Origin: Stegostoma tigrinum
Lineage: Eukaryota
Reading direction: 5' to 3'
NCBI RefSeq assembly: GCF_030684315.1
Contig: NC_081361.1
Location: forward strand, 5,853,014 to 5,917,013
Length of the DNA: 64,000 bases
Shown: piece after piece, positions 38,287 to 50,223 of the stretch
Position numbering within the stretch: position 1 is the first letter of the stretch
Layout: each line of letters starts with the position of its first letter
Translations under genes and position numbers: made by a program
Notes under the pieces: generated by a model
The model's input: only the letters and a program-made list of their open reading frames with translations
What the model was told of the DNA's origin: nothing
Database searches by the model: none

Positions 38287-38472
38287 GTACAAATCTCTCT
38301 CCTTCCACCTTGAATCTTCAGCTGCTCTCCATTTCACTCCAATTCCATTGACTTGTGATTGAAGGGAAAATGCTGAAACCAGAGAAATGCTCAGTGTCTC
38401 CAACAATCTCTCATTTGACAGGATCTTTCTGTGACCGTTTTGGCTTCACTGTGTTTCTCTCTGACCCCTCAG

Positions 38473-38753
38473 GTATCAGTGGGGACATCACCATGACCCA
38501 GTCTCCCCCGGTGCTGTCAGTGGGACTGGGCCAGACCGCAACTCTCACCTGTACGGCCAGTCAGAGTGCCACTACGGATGTTGAATGGTTCCAGCAGCAA
38601 GAAGGACAGAAACCCTCTCTCCTGATCTACAATGCAGTAGCACGATTCACCGGGAGAGAAGTGTCCAGCACACACTTTACCCTGACAATCAGCAACGTTC
38701 AGAAAGAGGATGTCGCTGACTATTACTGTCAGCAAAGTAGGGCCTACCCTTGG
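38473..38753 (+). CDS. IGKV: Ig kappa V exon, cluster B, open frame but 6 aa shorter after CDR2: [90 protein letters not shown]
   Basis: Acceptor AG at 38471-38472; both Cys and the Trp retained; RFTGREVSSTHF replaces [18 protein letters not shown] of cluster A. Functionality uncertain. Confidence 0.92.
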
Positions 38754-38781
38754 CACAGTGATAGAGAGCTGTACAAAAACC
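38754..38781 (+). other. 12-bp-spacer RSS of cluster B V, perfect consensus (CACAGTG-12-ACAAAAACC)
   Basis: Heptamer 38754-38760, spacer 38761-38772, nonamer 38773-38781. Confidence 0.96.
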
Positions 38782-39200
38782 CCAATACAGACAGCAACAC
38801 CCCCTGCACTGACACATGCCACATTTATATATAAATGAAACTGAACAAATGACCCCATGTGGGATTGTCACTGCCCACTACACACTCCTGTCCTTGTGCT
38901 GTCCACTGCTCACTGAAGGCCTGAAGTTTCCCTCTGACACTCCTTGGCCACATGTGAAGAGAGCTGCAAGATTTAACATCAAAAAATAAAGTTCACAAAT
39001 CTCCTTGACCCAGCTGGATACAACCCAGAGAGAGAGAGGGGGAGACAGAGTGCGAGAGAGAAAACAGAAAGAGAGAAACTGAGAGTGAAAGACATGAATG
39101 AAAAAGAGAAACAGAGAGGCAGGGAGAGGATAAGAATGAGTGAGTTGCAGAGAGAGACAGGGACAGTGGGTGTGAGTGACGGAGGGAAGCAGAGAGCAGA

Positions 39201-39239
39201 GGTTTATGTACAGCCTCTGCACTGGGAGCTCTCACTGTG
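39201..39239 (+). other. 23-bp-spacer RSS of cluster B J
   Basis: GGTTTATGT 39201-39209, 23-nt spacer, CACTGTG 39233-39239. Confidence 0.95.
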
Positions 39240-39274
39240 GTTTATGTTCGGTAAAGGAACCAAGCTCAGACTGA
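39240..39274 (+). CDS. IGKJ: Ig kappa J segment, cluster B: FMFGKGTKLRL(S)
   Basis: FGKGT motif; GTAAGT donor at 39275-39280. Confidence 0.95.
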
Positions 39275-39959
39275 GTAAGTAAACCTCTATCCTCCGTTAT
39301 TAACCCTTTCGATACTGAAACTTTAGAAAACACAAACGCTGAATTGTTGAAGGTGTTCGTGGGGAGTTGCAGTGAATGAAATGGTTGATTATGGAGCACC
39401 GTGTCTAACAGGGGGCCTAGCTGTATTTCTTTAGTTCCATTGCCCCCTTTAAGCAGCAAGATATAAGTCAGTAAGTTTTACTCACCGTGTGGAGGAGCTG
39501 TGCCTGTTTGCAGCCTGTGGTCACATTCCTGCAGCACGGACTGAAATCAATGAGTAGCCTCCTGCCAGTCTCAGTGTGATGGACACGGACAGAGTTTGAT
39601 GTGAACTCTGGCTCCCTGTCCCAGTCTCTGATCTCACTGACCCCAGCAGCATCAGCAGCAACACAGTGAGGCACCGAGCTCCCACATCCCCCAGCTTTAA
39701 CTCTGCTCAATCACACACTCACTGAATTATTACAGTGCATAGTGAGGCCATTCCACCCATACTGTCTGGACCAACTCTCCAAATGAGCAATTCACTGAGA
39801 GTCATTCTCCTGCTTTCTCCCTGTCACCCTGCACATTGTTCCTTTACAAATAACAGTCTAATTCCCTTTGGAACGTTTGAATTGAAGCTGCCTCAACCAC
39901 ACTCTCAGGCAGTGCATCCCACACCTTAACCACTCACTGGCTGAAAATGCTTTTCTTCA

Positions 39960-42900
39960 TTGCATTCATCTCTCCTCATTCCCAAGATCCAGTTCAAGCA
40001 GACCCTCCATTCTCATTGAGCTGGTAATACAAAGCTGGAGAAAATTCACTTGTACATACTCTCATAACTCTGGCCCCTCTCTGCCCTTCACACTGGTACC
40101 ACCCCAGTCTATAATCAGATCATGCAAGTCCCCCATTATAAGAACTCTATGATATTTGCACCTCTCTGTAAATTCCTTACAGATCTGTTCCTCTACATCA
40201 TTCCCATAGGTCAGTGAAGTATAGACTGCACTGAGTAATCTGATTGCATCTTTTTTTGTTCCTTATCTCCAGCCAAATCAACTCTGTCCTTGACCTTCCT
40301 GGGACATCCTCTTTCTCCAGCTCTACACTGATCTCCATAATCAATCCCACCTTCCCGTGTCCTTTTCCCCCCTAACATCCAGTCTTGTCCTTTTTTGAGC
40401 CTGGTCTGTGTGAGAGCCACGTCAGAGTTCCATTTGGCAATCTGTGTCTGTAACTTCCCAGTCTTACTCCCTACACTCCATTCAGTCCCATACATGCACA
40501 GTGACCCTGATTGAAACTTTACTACTCTCTCCCTCACTCTGACCCTGCCTATCAAACCACATTTCCTTATTCTACTGCTAACTATCTCTCCCAGGATCCC
40601 GTGGACCTTGGTGTTCTTCTCTGATATTCCCTTCTGGTCCCCACAGCCCTGCCAAGTTAGTTTAAACCTTTCCAACAGCACTAGCAATCACGCCACAAAG
40701 GAACTCTGTCCGAGTTCAGCTCAGAAGTAACCTGTCTAACCTGTCCAGCTCCCATCTTCCTCAGCACCAATCCCAAGTCTCTAAAGCCCTCCATCCTGGA
40801 ACCAATTTCCAACCCCACATTCCCCTCTCTTATACTCCTCTTTCTATTCTCACTTGTGTGTGGCACTGGGAGTAATCCAGAGATTCCTCCTTTTGAGCTC
40901 CTGCTGCTAGTTTCCTCCCGAGCTCCCTAAACTCTGACCACAGGACCACATCACTTTTTTCCCTCTGTCACTGGGACCAATGTGGACCCTCCTGAGCCAC
41001 CTGTGGTGCCATGGGCTTGGCTCAGGCCGCACTCCCCAGATGAATCATCATTCCCATCGGGATTCTGAACTGAATCCTGGTTGGAGAGTGGCATATACTC
41101 AGGGCACCCCTGGTTGTTGCCTGATCCTTTGGACTGTCTGTTGCTCCCCCACTCCCTTGCTCCCTGCATACTCTGAAACTGCAGAGGGACCACATCTAGA
41201 AACGTGCTCTCCTTGGAGCTTTCAGCCTCACAGACTCTCCGCACTGACACCAACAGCTGCTCAAGCTCCAAAACTCAGAGCTCCAACTGCTGTCACTGAC
41301 CACACTTCCTGCTCTCATGGTATTCCAGGAGCCAGGAAGCATTCTGAAGTTCCCACATGGAACATGGTGCACACTCTCTCCACTCCCAGGTTATCTCTTG
41401 GTAAAGTTCCGATGATAAACAGCTACAGCAGGACTCACAGTCCAGTGGTTCTAAGGTCTTGCTGAAACTCTCCATAAGAGACTAATAAAGGCAGAATTAG
41501 GCCGTTCAGCCCATCAAGTCTGCTCTGCCATTTGATCATGGCTGACATATCTTTCAAACCCATTCTCCTTCCTTCTCCCAGAAATTTTGATCCCCTTACA
41601 AATTAAGCAACTTAGCATGGCCAATCCACCTAAACTGGATTGTGGGAGGAAACCGGAGTTCCCAGTGGAAATCCATTCAGACATGGGACAACGTGCAAAC
41701 CCCACATGGACAGTCATCTGAGGGTGGAATTGAACCTGGGTCCCTGGCGCTGTGAGGCAGCAGTGCTAATCACTGAGTCTCCATGTCGCCCCAACTACAT
41801 GGAGACAAGCTGCACACAATATTCCAAATGCAGTCTGTTCAGTCAAAATGAATTATGACGCAGTATTTACCTTTGTAACTGCCAACTGAATCAGCATGTT
41901 AACCCGAAGAGAAACCTGAACAGTCCCCTTGTGCTAAAGATTTCTTCATTTAGAAAATAGACTACCCTCTATTTTTCCTACCAAAGTGCAAAACCTCACA
42001 CTTTTCCACATTGTACTCCATCAGCTACTTCTTTGCCCTCTTTTTGAGCTTGTCCACAGCCTTCTGCAGGCTCCCTGCACCCTCAACACTGTCTCCTCCC
42101 CCGATCATTGTCATCTGCAAACTTAGCAAAATATGCCCTCAGTACCATTTCCCAGATCATTACTGTATAATTATGTTTTACATGAATAGCTGTAGACCCA
42201 ACACTGACACTTGCTGAACTCCACTAGGCACTGGTTACCATCCTGGAAAAGATCCATTTATTTCCACTCTCTATCCATGCCAGTACCGTGCCCAAATGCC
42301 ATGGGTATTTATGTTATTTAGCAGCTTTATGTGTGGCCACTTGTCAAAGGCCTGGAAATCCATATAGGTCAATGGTTTCCTCCCACTGTCAAAGATGTGC
42401 AGGCTAGGTGGATCAGCCATGCTAAATTGCCCGTAGTGTTCAGGGTTGTGTGGGTTATAGGGGGATGGGTCTGGGTGGGATGCTCCAAGGGGCAGTGTGG
42501 ACTTGTTGGGCCGAAGGGCCTGTTTCCACACAGTAAGGAATCTAATTTAATCACGTCTATTGGTTCTCCTTTGTCTAACTTGCTCATTAGCTCCTACTAT
42601 AACACTAGGTTCCAGCTTCTCCCTCTCAAACAGTGGGGAGAATCCTGTCATATTGTGATCACTGCCCCAAGGAGTTCATTCACTTTCAGCTCCCTAATCA
42701 GATCTGCCTCATTACACATCATCAAATCCAGAAATACCTCTTCACTAGTGGGCTCTACCACGTGCTCCGAAAAAGCCATCTTGTAAACAATCAACATATT
42801 CTTTTCCCTGAGGTCATCAACAGATCTGACTTTTCCTGTCCATTGCATATTAAAACTCCCCATGATTATAGTAACACTGCCTCTCTTACATGGCTTTTCT

Positions 42901-43260
42901 TTCTCCTGATTTATTTTCTACCCCACATCCTGACCACTGCTCGGAGGCCTGTACACGAGTCCCATCAGGGCCTTTTATTCTTCATGGTTCATCAGCTCTA
43001 CCCCCACAGATTCTATGTCTTCTGACTCAATAAGGCTCTTGCTATCAATTTAATTTAATTTCTTAGTGACAAGGCACACCTGCCCTCTTTGCCCATTGTC
43101 TGTCCTTTCAATAGGACGTGTACCCTTGGATATTTAGTTCCCAGCCCTGATCCCCCTGCAGCCACATCACTGTGATACCCACAACACTGTAGCTGCCAAT
43201 TTCAATCTGCATTACAAGCTCATTTCATATACTGTGTACAACTAAGTAAAACACCCTCAG
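39960..43260 (-). mobile_element. Degenerate CR1 fragments in the cluster B J-C intron, partly shared with the cluster A intron
   Basis: Reverse-strand ORF1, endonuclease and RT remnants; paralogous to 2600-2960 and 4490-4640. Confidence 0.7.
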
Positions 43261-45716
43261 TCCTGCATTGACCGCCCTCCTTCTTATAGTTGTTCCCTTA
43301 TCTGCTGTGCCTAGAGTTAGGTTTTTGATCGTTTCCATACTCTTTATCCTTTTACTTGTTCTGGAAACTTTAATTATCTCTCCAGATCCCAACCCCCATT
43401 CAAAGTCCTTGGAAACTAGATTTACCTCAATTTGCCACTTTGTTTACCTTATTTCAATTGCTTTGTGTGTTTAGACACAAAGCCTTTAAGTTTGTTCTTT
43501 TTTTAAAATCAAGTTTCCCTGCACCTTTGGTATAATATTACATTCACAAAATCTGTCTCTTCTTTTTATTTTCTGGTAACAATCAACCCCATTATTAACC
43601 AGCAAACCACCTTCTCCTTTATCTTTCAATTTCTCATTTTCCATCCAATCCCTTTCTCTTTGGGTCGAGTTCAGGCCAATATATAACCCTGAAACAACAT
43701 CAATGTAAATGGTTCTGTGATCTCATTGCTGCTCGTGGGATCTTCTTGAGTACAAACTGGCTGCCACATCCCACACATTCCAACAGTGACTGCTCTTCAG
43801 GCAAGGGCCTCACTATCTGTTAATGTCTTTGGGAGATCCCAAGGCATGAAGTACTCAATAGAAATACGTCTGTCTTTTCTATGGATGAACAGAGAGTCTT
43901 TCAGATGGGCAAGATGTCATTCCTTGGCACTATTAGACAAAGAACAGGGCAGATTCTCCTGGTGTCCTGGTCAATCATTTTCCTCCCAATCACCATCATT
44001 AAAAATCTGATGCTCTGCTCATTATCACGCCGCTTGCTGGAATCTTGCTATGCACAATCTGCTGGAAAGAACAATTGGGACATCCTGAAGTGGGGCATGT
44101 GCTACACAAATGCAAGTTTTTCTTTGAGGTTGGAGTCTCCTGATCCTGACACTCACCCACTGTCCGTGCACTATCACCTTCCATGGGTTATGGGGTCATT
44201 AGGAGCAGTGATTCTACCTAACCCTGGGACACTGAGACTCATTGCAGCTTCACCCTTGACCTCAGCTCAGTGCTGGGCAGCAAGATTTAAAAAGAAATTG
44301 AGAACCTTCTATGTGGATACTCAATGTTACTCTTTTCTGAAGTGCCGGGACCCAAATCTACTCCAATGCTCTCAGATAAAGTTCTCTTGATTTGTGATTG
44401 ATCAGAGATACTGTGCTGGCGGCAGTGGCTCAATGGTTAGCCCTGCTGCCTCACAGCACATAGGGATCTGGGTTCAAATCCACTCTCAGGTAACCAACTG
44501 TATGAAATTTAAACAGTTGCCCTGTGCCTGAATGGGTTTCCTCCCACAGTCCAAAGAGGTGCAGCTTGGTGTGTTGGCCAGGCTAAATTATCCCTGGTGT
44601 CCTGCGCTTTGCAGGCTGGGTGGGTTAGCTGTGGGGTTACTCCTACTCTGGAGGGTTTGGTGAGTCAAGTGAATTTCCAAGTGTCTTTTCAGTGTGATGA
44701 GGATTTCTGCCTCTCCCACCCTTTCAGACAGTGAATTCCAGATCCTTTTGCCCTCTGGGGTGCTTACTCTTCAACTCCCCTCAAACCCTGTCCCCCATTC
44801 ATTTCAATTTCTCCCCATGGTTATTGCCCTCTCTGCTGATGGAAATCAGTCCTTCCTATCCACTCTACCCAGGCCCCTCTTTTACACACCTTGATCTAAT
44901 CTCTCCTCAGTCCCCTCTGTTCCATAGAAATCAGTCCCAGCTAAAACTCCCCATTCCTGACAAAATCCTCATAAATCTCCTCTGTTCCCTTTCTAACGGG
45001 ATCAGAGTCTTCCTATTATATGGTGACCAGAACTGTACACAGCTCTGTCTCTGTGCTCCAACTGGGGTTTTACACAGTTCCAGATTAACCTGTTCACCAG
45101 AATTGTATAGAGGATTGAACATCACCCTCCCCGTTTGTTCTTCTCTACTGTGGCTGCTTTCTCATATCCCAGGCCGAGAGTCTGGATTTGGGAATCCCAC
45201 CCTTACTCGATGGGAACAGATTCTGAACAATCTCGGTCTTGTCAGGGCACCAGGAGGCTTCCAAGGACACAAATTTCCTATCATGGAACTGGTTCCAGTC
45301 CCCTTTTACCAAATCACCGCAGTTTCACAAAATAGTTCACTCCCAAATGAAAACATTGACACATGCTCCATTTCCATCCCTACTGTCAATCTCACTGAGT
45401 TCTTCGTCACTGTCACTAAAATGCTCCCCCATTGATAGCCCTTCCAGCTGCTGCCCACATTCACCCCCTAAACAATGGTACCAAAACTGTCCCTTTCCCT
45501 TCTGCTGTTTCATCAACACCTTCTCAGGGCAATTAGGGGTGGGCAATAAATGCAGGCCCTGCCAATAACTCAAGAATTTAAACATCATCTATTCTTTTCC
45601 TGGGTTTGTTTGGTTTTGCCTACAAATGTTCAAATGGATTATTTTGACAGTTAATGTTCAGAGAGTTGAAATCCATTTGAATGGCAGGGATTAAAATTGC
45701 TTCTCTTGTCTTTCAG

Positions 45717-46021
45717 GCTGTGACAGGTCTCAGCCCAAGCTGACCCTGCTGCCCCCCTCTCCGGAGCAGGTCCAGACCAAGGGCACTGCCACTCTCGTAT
45801 GCCTTGCCAATCACTTCTATCCTGATGAGCTGGTAGTGCAGTGGAAGAAGGACGGTGCAGTCATTTCAGACGGGGTTCAGACCAGCACCTACAGTGTCAG
45901 CAGCCTGCTGACCCTCTCTGGCTCTGACTGGGAGTCCAATGCTCGCTTCTCCTGTGCCCTCACCCATGTCACCCTCTCCTCTCCCCTCAGCAAGAGCATC
46001 AGGAGATCAGAGTGTGTGTAG
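45717..46021 (+). CDS. IGKC: Ig kappa C exon, cluster B: (S)CDRSQPKLTLLPPSPEQVQTKGTATLVCLANHFYPDELVVQWKKDGAVISDGVQTSTYSVSSLLTLSGSDWESNARFSCALTHVTLSSPLSKSIRRSECV*; internally shortened
   Basis: Acceptor ttctcttgtctttcag (to 45716), phase-compatible with J; C1-set motifs ATLVCL..HFYP, W, TYSVSSLLTL, FSC..TH; penultimate Cys for the H-L disulfide; only 50 residues between the intradomain Cys. Confidence 0.95.
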
Positions 46022-46551
46022 TTGTTTGAGACAGTCCACAGAGGAGACACAACTTTAAACAGAACGGGGCTGAGCTGGCAGGGCAAAGGTCATTGTCAGC
46101 ACGGAACTTCAACTCGCTTCCTTCTTGGGTCTGGCTTGGAGACACATCTGAGGTTCAGGCCTTAAGATAGGTCATTGGGACAGTGTAGAAAGAGCTTTAC
46201 TCTGTTGCTCACCCCATGCTGTCTCTGTCCTGGAATTGTTTGATGGGGATAGTGTTGACTTGAGATAACAAACAAATGCTCTCGAAGTTGCTAAAGACTG
46301 TCAGTTTTACAAAAACAATGTGAACCTCACAAGTCTCTGCTACAGTAAACCAGACCTCCTTCCTGCTCAGCCGCCAGTTCCAATTTAAGGCTTTGTCACT
46401 GTTTAAATGGACAGGATTCTCATATTATTGAGAAAATCTTCACAAGTATTTTCCTCAAGCTCCATTGTGGTTGTGAATTTGTGCAGCTTCCTCTGTCTGG
46501 GCTGTTAATTACAATGTTTTTTTTTCCTGTCTAAGTCAATCTGGGAAAGGG

Positions 46552-46557
46552 AATAAA
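46552..46557 (+). terminator. Likely polyadenylation signal of the cluster B light-chain mRNA
   Basis: First AATAAA after the stop (~530 nt), followed by a GT-rich tract (tctctgtctgtgtctctgagtgtgtttt). Confidence 0.7.
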
Positions 46558-47482
46558 CATGAAGAAGATTCAGTCTCTGTCTGTGTCTCTGAGTGTGTTT
46601 TGGAAGTTGACCATCCCCCTGTCAGCTGATTTACAGGTCACCTAGCCAATCAATGACATTTCTACTGCAGATTAGATTGAGAGTCATTTATTTTCAAAAG
46701 ATCCATTTGATCTGGAATCAGGTGATTGTACAAGATTCCAAACAGAACAGAAACTGCCTGGCATCAAATTGTTACAATCTGAGGTACATACTCTTCACTC
46801 TGTTGGTCCAGACCCAGCTGGTGGGATTGCACTGTGCACTCTATCCTGCTGCTGGGTAACACCCTGAAATTGACTTTGGCCAATCACAGGTGCTGGAGGC
46901 TACAGTCCTGACACTCATTTCTCCCACCGTCGCCTGTTCTTCACAGTAACAGCTCAAAACTGAATTTAGTGAGGTCTTAGTTCACAGACAGGATCAGTCA
47001 GGATCCCGCACAATACATGCTGCTGTGAGTATGACTGTCATCCAATGCTGTCTCTGTCAGTCTAGATATGGCTGTTACCCAGTTAATGTCTGTGAGCGTG
47101 TATCTCAGCTTTGCAGCATGCCATCCCTCCTTGAGTTTGATTTCAGTGTAAAACTCAGTTAATGATTTCTGATTTGATTTGAGAAGGGGAAAGGAGGGGA
47201 AGGGAGGGGAGGGGAGTATGCTGTGTCAGGACAAGTTGTGATCATATCCTGGCCCCCATTCCCATATTCCATGGACGTTGTGATCAATGTGTCTACAACT
47301 GAGATTTATAGGACAGAGTGCAGTCACTTACTGACGATCCCACTTCTGGCCAGACGGTGCTCACATCGACACCAAATAGTTTGAAGTGAATGGGAAAGAA
47401 TTGGGATCTTTCTATACAATTACCTGAAGGGCCAGTGGTGTGGAGTCATTAGAAAACACAAACAGACCAACAACAGAGTTAC

Positions 47483-47488
47483 TTTATT
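47483..47488 (-). terminator. Likely polyadenylation signal of the RABGAP1L-like gene (3'UTR ~1 kb)
   Basis: AATAAA on - strand (tttatt), U-rich upstream and GT-rich downstream on that strand. Confidence 0.6.
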
Positions 47489-48494
47489 GTTGAAAATAAA
47501 ACTGCTACAAATATAAGCTGCCCCCAGAGATGGCAGCACTAGGGTGAGCAACTGGGGGCAGCTGGCATTACAGATAAACACACCAACAACAGGAACCTGT
47601 TCCCTGGGACAATAGACTGCTGCAAGTTAAACATAAAATTTTCCCAAATTTTAACTACTTTGAATATTGAACCTGTCTGAAAATTAAAGGAACAAGATAG
47701 ATTATTTGTTCTTTGTACATTGTGCAAAACGAGTCCTTTAGCTGTTCCTCTGTCACATCGACACACACTGGCTTTTTAAGGCTGAAAGGGAAGAATGTAG
47801 GACAGACCTGTGCCTAGACCCAAGCAGAACATTTAGTGTGTAAGACAGGACGAGCAGAATGTGACAGTGAATCATGGGAACTGACCTGAGCAAAACATGA
47901 TCTCTGTGGGTCAATGAATAGGAGAAGCTCTCAGTCCGGACAGCGAGCAAGAGAGAGCATGAGCGTGTGAAAGAGGGAGAGAGCAAGACAGCAGGAGCTC
48001 TGGATAGCAAGAATCTCAGAAAGAGGGAGCATACAGGGCAGTGTGAGAAGAAAGGAGAGGGAGGAGAGACAGTAGAGAGTGAAGAAGGTTCTCAGTTCGC
48101 CTGGTCAAGGTGACGAATCAGCAAACACTGGTATTTCTTACAGCCCCTCATCCTTCCCAGTGCCTGCAGGATTAACCCACTCACCATATTAAACCAATGA
48201 GATTCCCAAACAAAGAGGGCTGCCAATGAAAATGACAAGAAGGTGCTGATTATAAAATACAACATTTCTTGTTCTACAATATACAAACCAACAATCGGTC
48301 AGATTGGATTCCAAGATTGAGGAAGGACTTAAATGTACAAAGAACTGGGCAGCTGGCCCCGAGCAGGGCAATTTCTTGAGCTTGAGGATAGTGCCAGTGG
48401 TGAGGACTTGCTGTTGAGTTCAGGAGGTAATCCTCAGTCTGCTGTTCCTTCACCATCAGGGGCTGAGAAGAGGGGGAGGACGAGGTGTGTGGCA

Positions 48495-48848
<354 letters not shown>

Positions 48849-48865
48849 TCATTTCGAGGCTGTAC

Positions 48866-49060
48866 CTGGATTTTACACTTGGTCTCCACCAACTGCAGTT
48901 TGGTCTGTGCTAACTCCAGCTCCATCTCCCGCAGTTGCTTCTTCAGAATCTCCTTCTCTTCATCAATGTGCTGCTTCGTGTGATCCTGGCCAGAGTCTGG
49001 GAGCTGCAGCTCACCGTCCTCCCTGAAGAGTTCACAGCAGCGGTCACAGGACAGCACTTT
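48866..49060 (-). CDS. RABGAP1L: RABGAP1L-like exon, 5' end in N gap: KVLSCDRCCELFREDGELQ...KKQLREMELELAQTKLQLVETKCKIQ
   Basis: Conserved QLREMELELAQTKLQLVE.KCKIQ; GT donor at 48865; acceptor hidden by gap 49061-49286. Confidence 0.9.
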
Positions 49061-49719
49061 NNNNNNNNNNNNNNNNNNNNNNNNNNNNNNNNNNNNNNNN
49101 NNNNNNNNNNNNNNNNNNNNNNNNNNNNNNNNNNNNNNNNNNNNNNNNNNNNNNNNNNNNNNNNNNNNNNNNNNNNNNNNNNNNNNNNNNNNNNNNNNNN
49201 NNNNNNNNNNNNNNNNNNNNNNNNNNNNNNNNNNNNNNNNNNNNNNNNNNNNNNNNNNNNNNNNNNNNNNNNNNNNNNNNNNNNNNACCATCACTTGCAT
49301 CTTTTCATCTCTCCACTGAAACAACAGTTTATTTTAATTTATTAGCAGGAGATAGGTGTTCTGGGCTGGGCCAGCATTTACTGCCAGGTGGTGGTGAGCT
49401 GGCTGTTGAAACATTGCAATCCAGTGTAGGGACAACCACTATGGTGCTTGGAACAGTAATATCATTCCTATATTTGGATGGTGCGTCCTTGCCTGGTGAG
49501 GCCTCATCATCACCATTAACCTCAACTACTGTTTGAGCTCACAGTGAGTTCATCCCCTAGTTGCCCTGGAGCAGGTGGCTGAACTGCAACTGGGGATGGC
49601 CAATAAATTCTGGCCCAGGCAGCAACACCCACATCCCATGCATGAATAGAAGATGCTGATTGCGGGGTATTTAGCTCATTGAGAACAGACATTCTGGTCG
49701 GAGACAGCCTTTGTTGGAG

Positions 49720-49762
49720 GCTCACTGATGATGTTACCTAGAATGGTGACGAAACATCTGAA
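49720..49762 (+). ncRNA. Minimal type I hammerhead ribozyme motif in a Penelope-like terminal fragment (~49700-49838)
   Basis: CTGATGA (49725-49731), T, helix II GTTACC/GGTGAC, GAAA (49751-49754), C-ATC, with tca/tga flanks able to form helix I. Confidence 0.65.
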
Positions 49763-50115
49763 AACTAACCTTCCAGCTCAGCGAGCAAACTTACATCCAG
49801 AACCTCAACCTGAGCCACAAATCTTCTCAAAACTCGTAAACAGACATTCTACAGTCAGGAGGCTGTAGGGGAAGGAACCCTGAAGACATTTCAGAAGCAT
49901 GTAGCTGAATCCTTGAAGCCCCTCAGCATACAAGGCTGTGGGCCAAGCGCTTGGAAATGGGATTGGAGCGTGTTTGATAGTTGGTTTGGGCACAATGGGC
50001 CTAAGCACCTCTTTCCATGCTGTAAAGACTCTGTGACCACACAACATACAACAAGTGATCAACGTGAAGACAACACAAGGATAAGTGCAGGAGTGGGATC
50101 ATCAGAGGCTGATCA

Positions 50116-50223
<108 letters not shown>

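Larger units (their letters stand above)
278..44973. repeat. Old inverted segmental duplication: left arm ~278-25010, right arm ~31050-44973
   Basis: Colinear reverse-complement blocks seen by eye: 278-950/44130-44973, 2600-2960/40980-41340, 4490-4640/39960-40140, 11790-14000/37840-39950, 19330-19385/36120-36180, 19810-20395/35535-36115, 23450-24480/31200-31870, 24830-25010/31050-31210. Confidence 0.9.

Noticed and set aside
46560-47460. 3' enhancer downstream of C (E-boxes at 46623, 46815, 46887)
   Set aside because: Only short common motifs, and there is no second copy in the window to test conservation.
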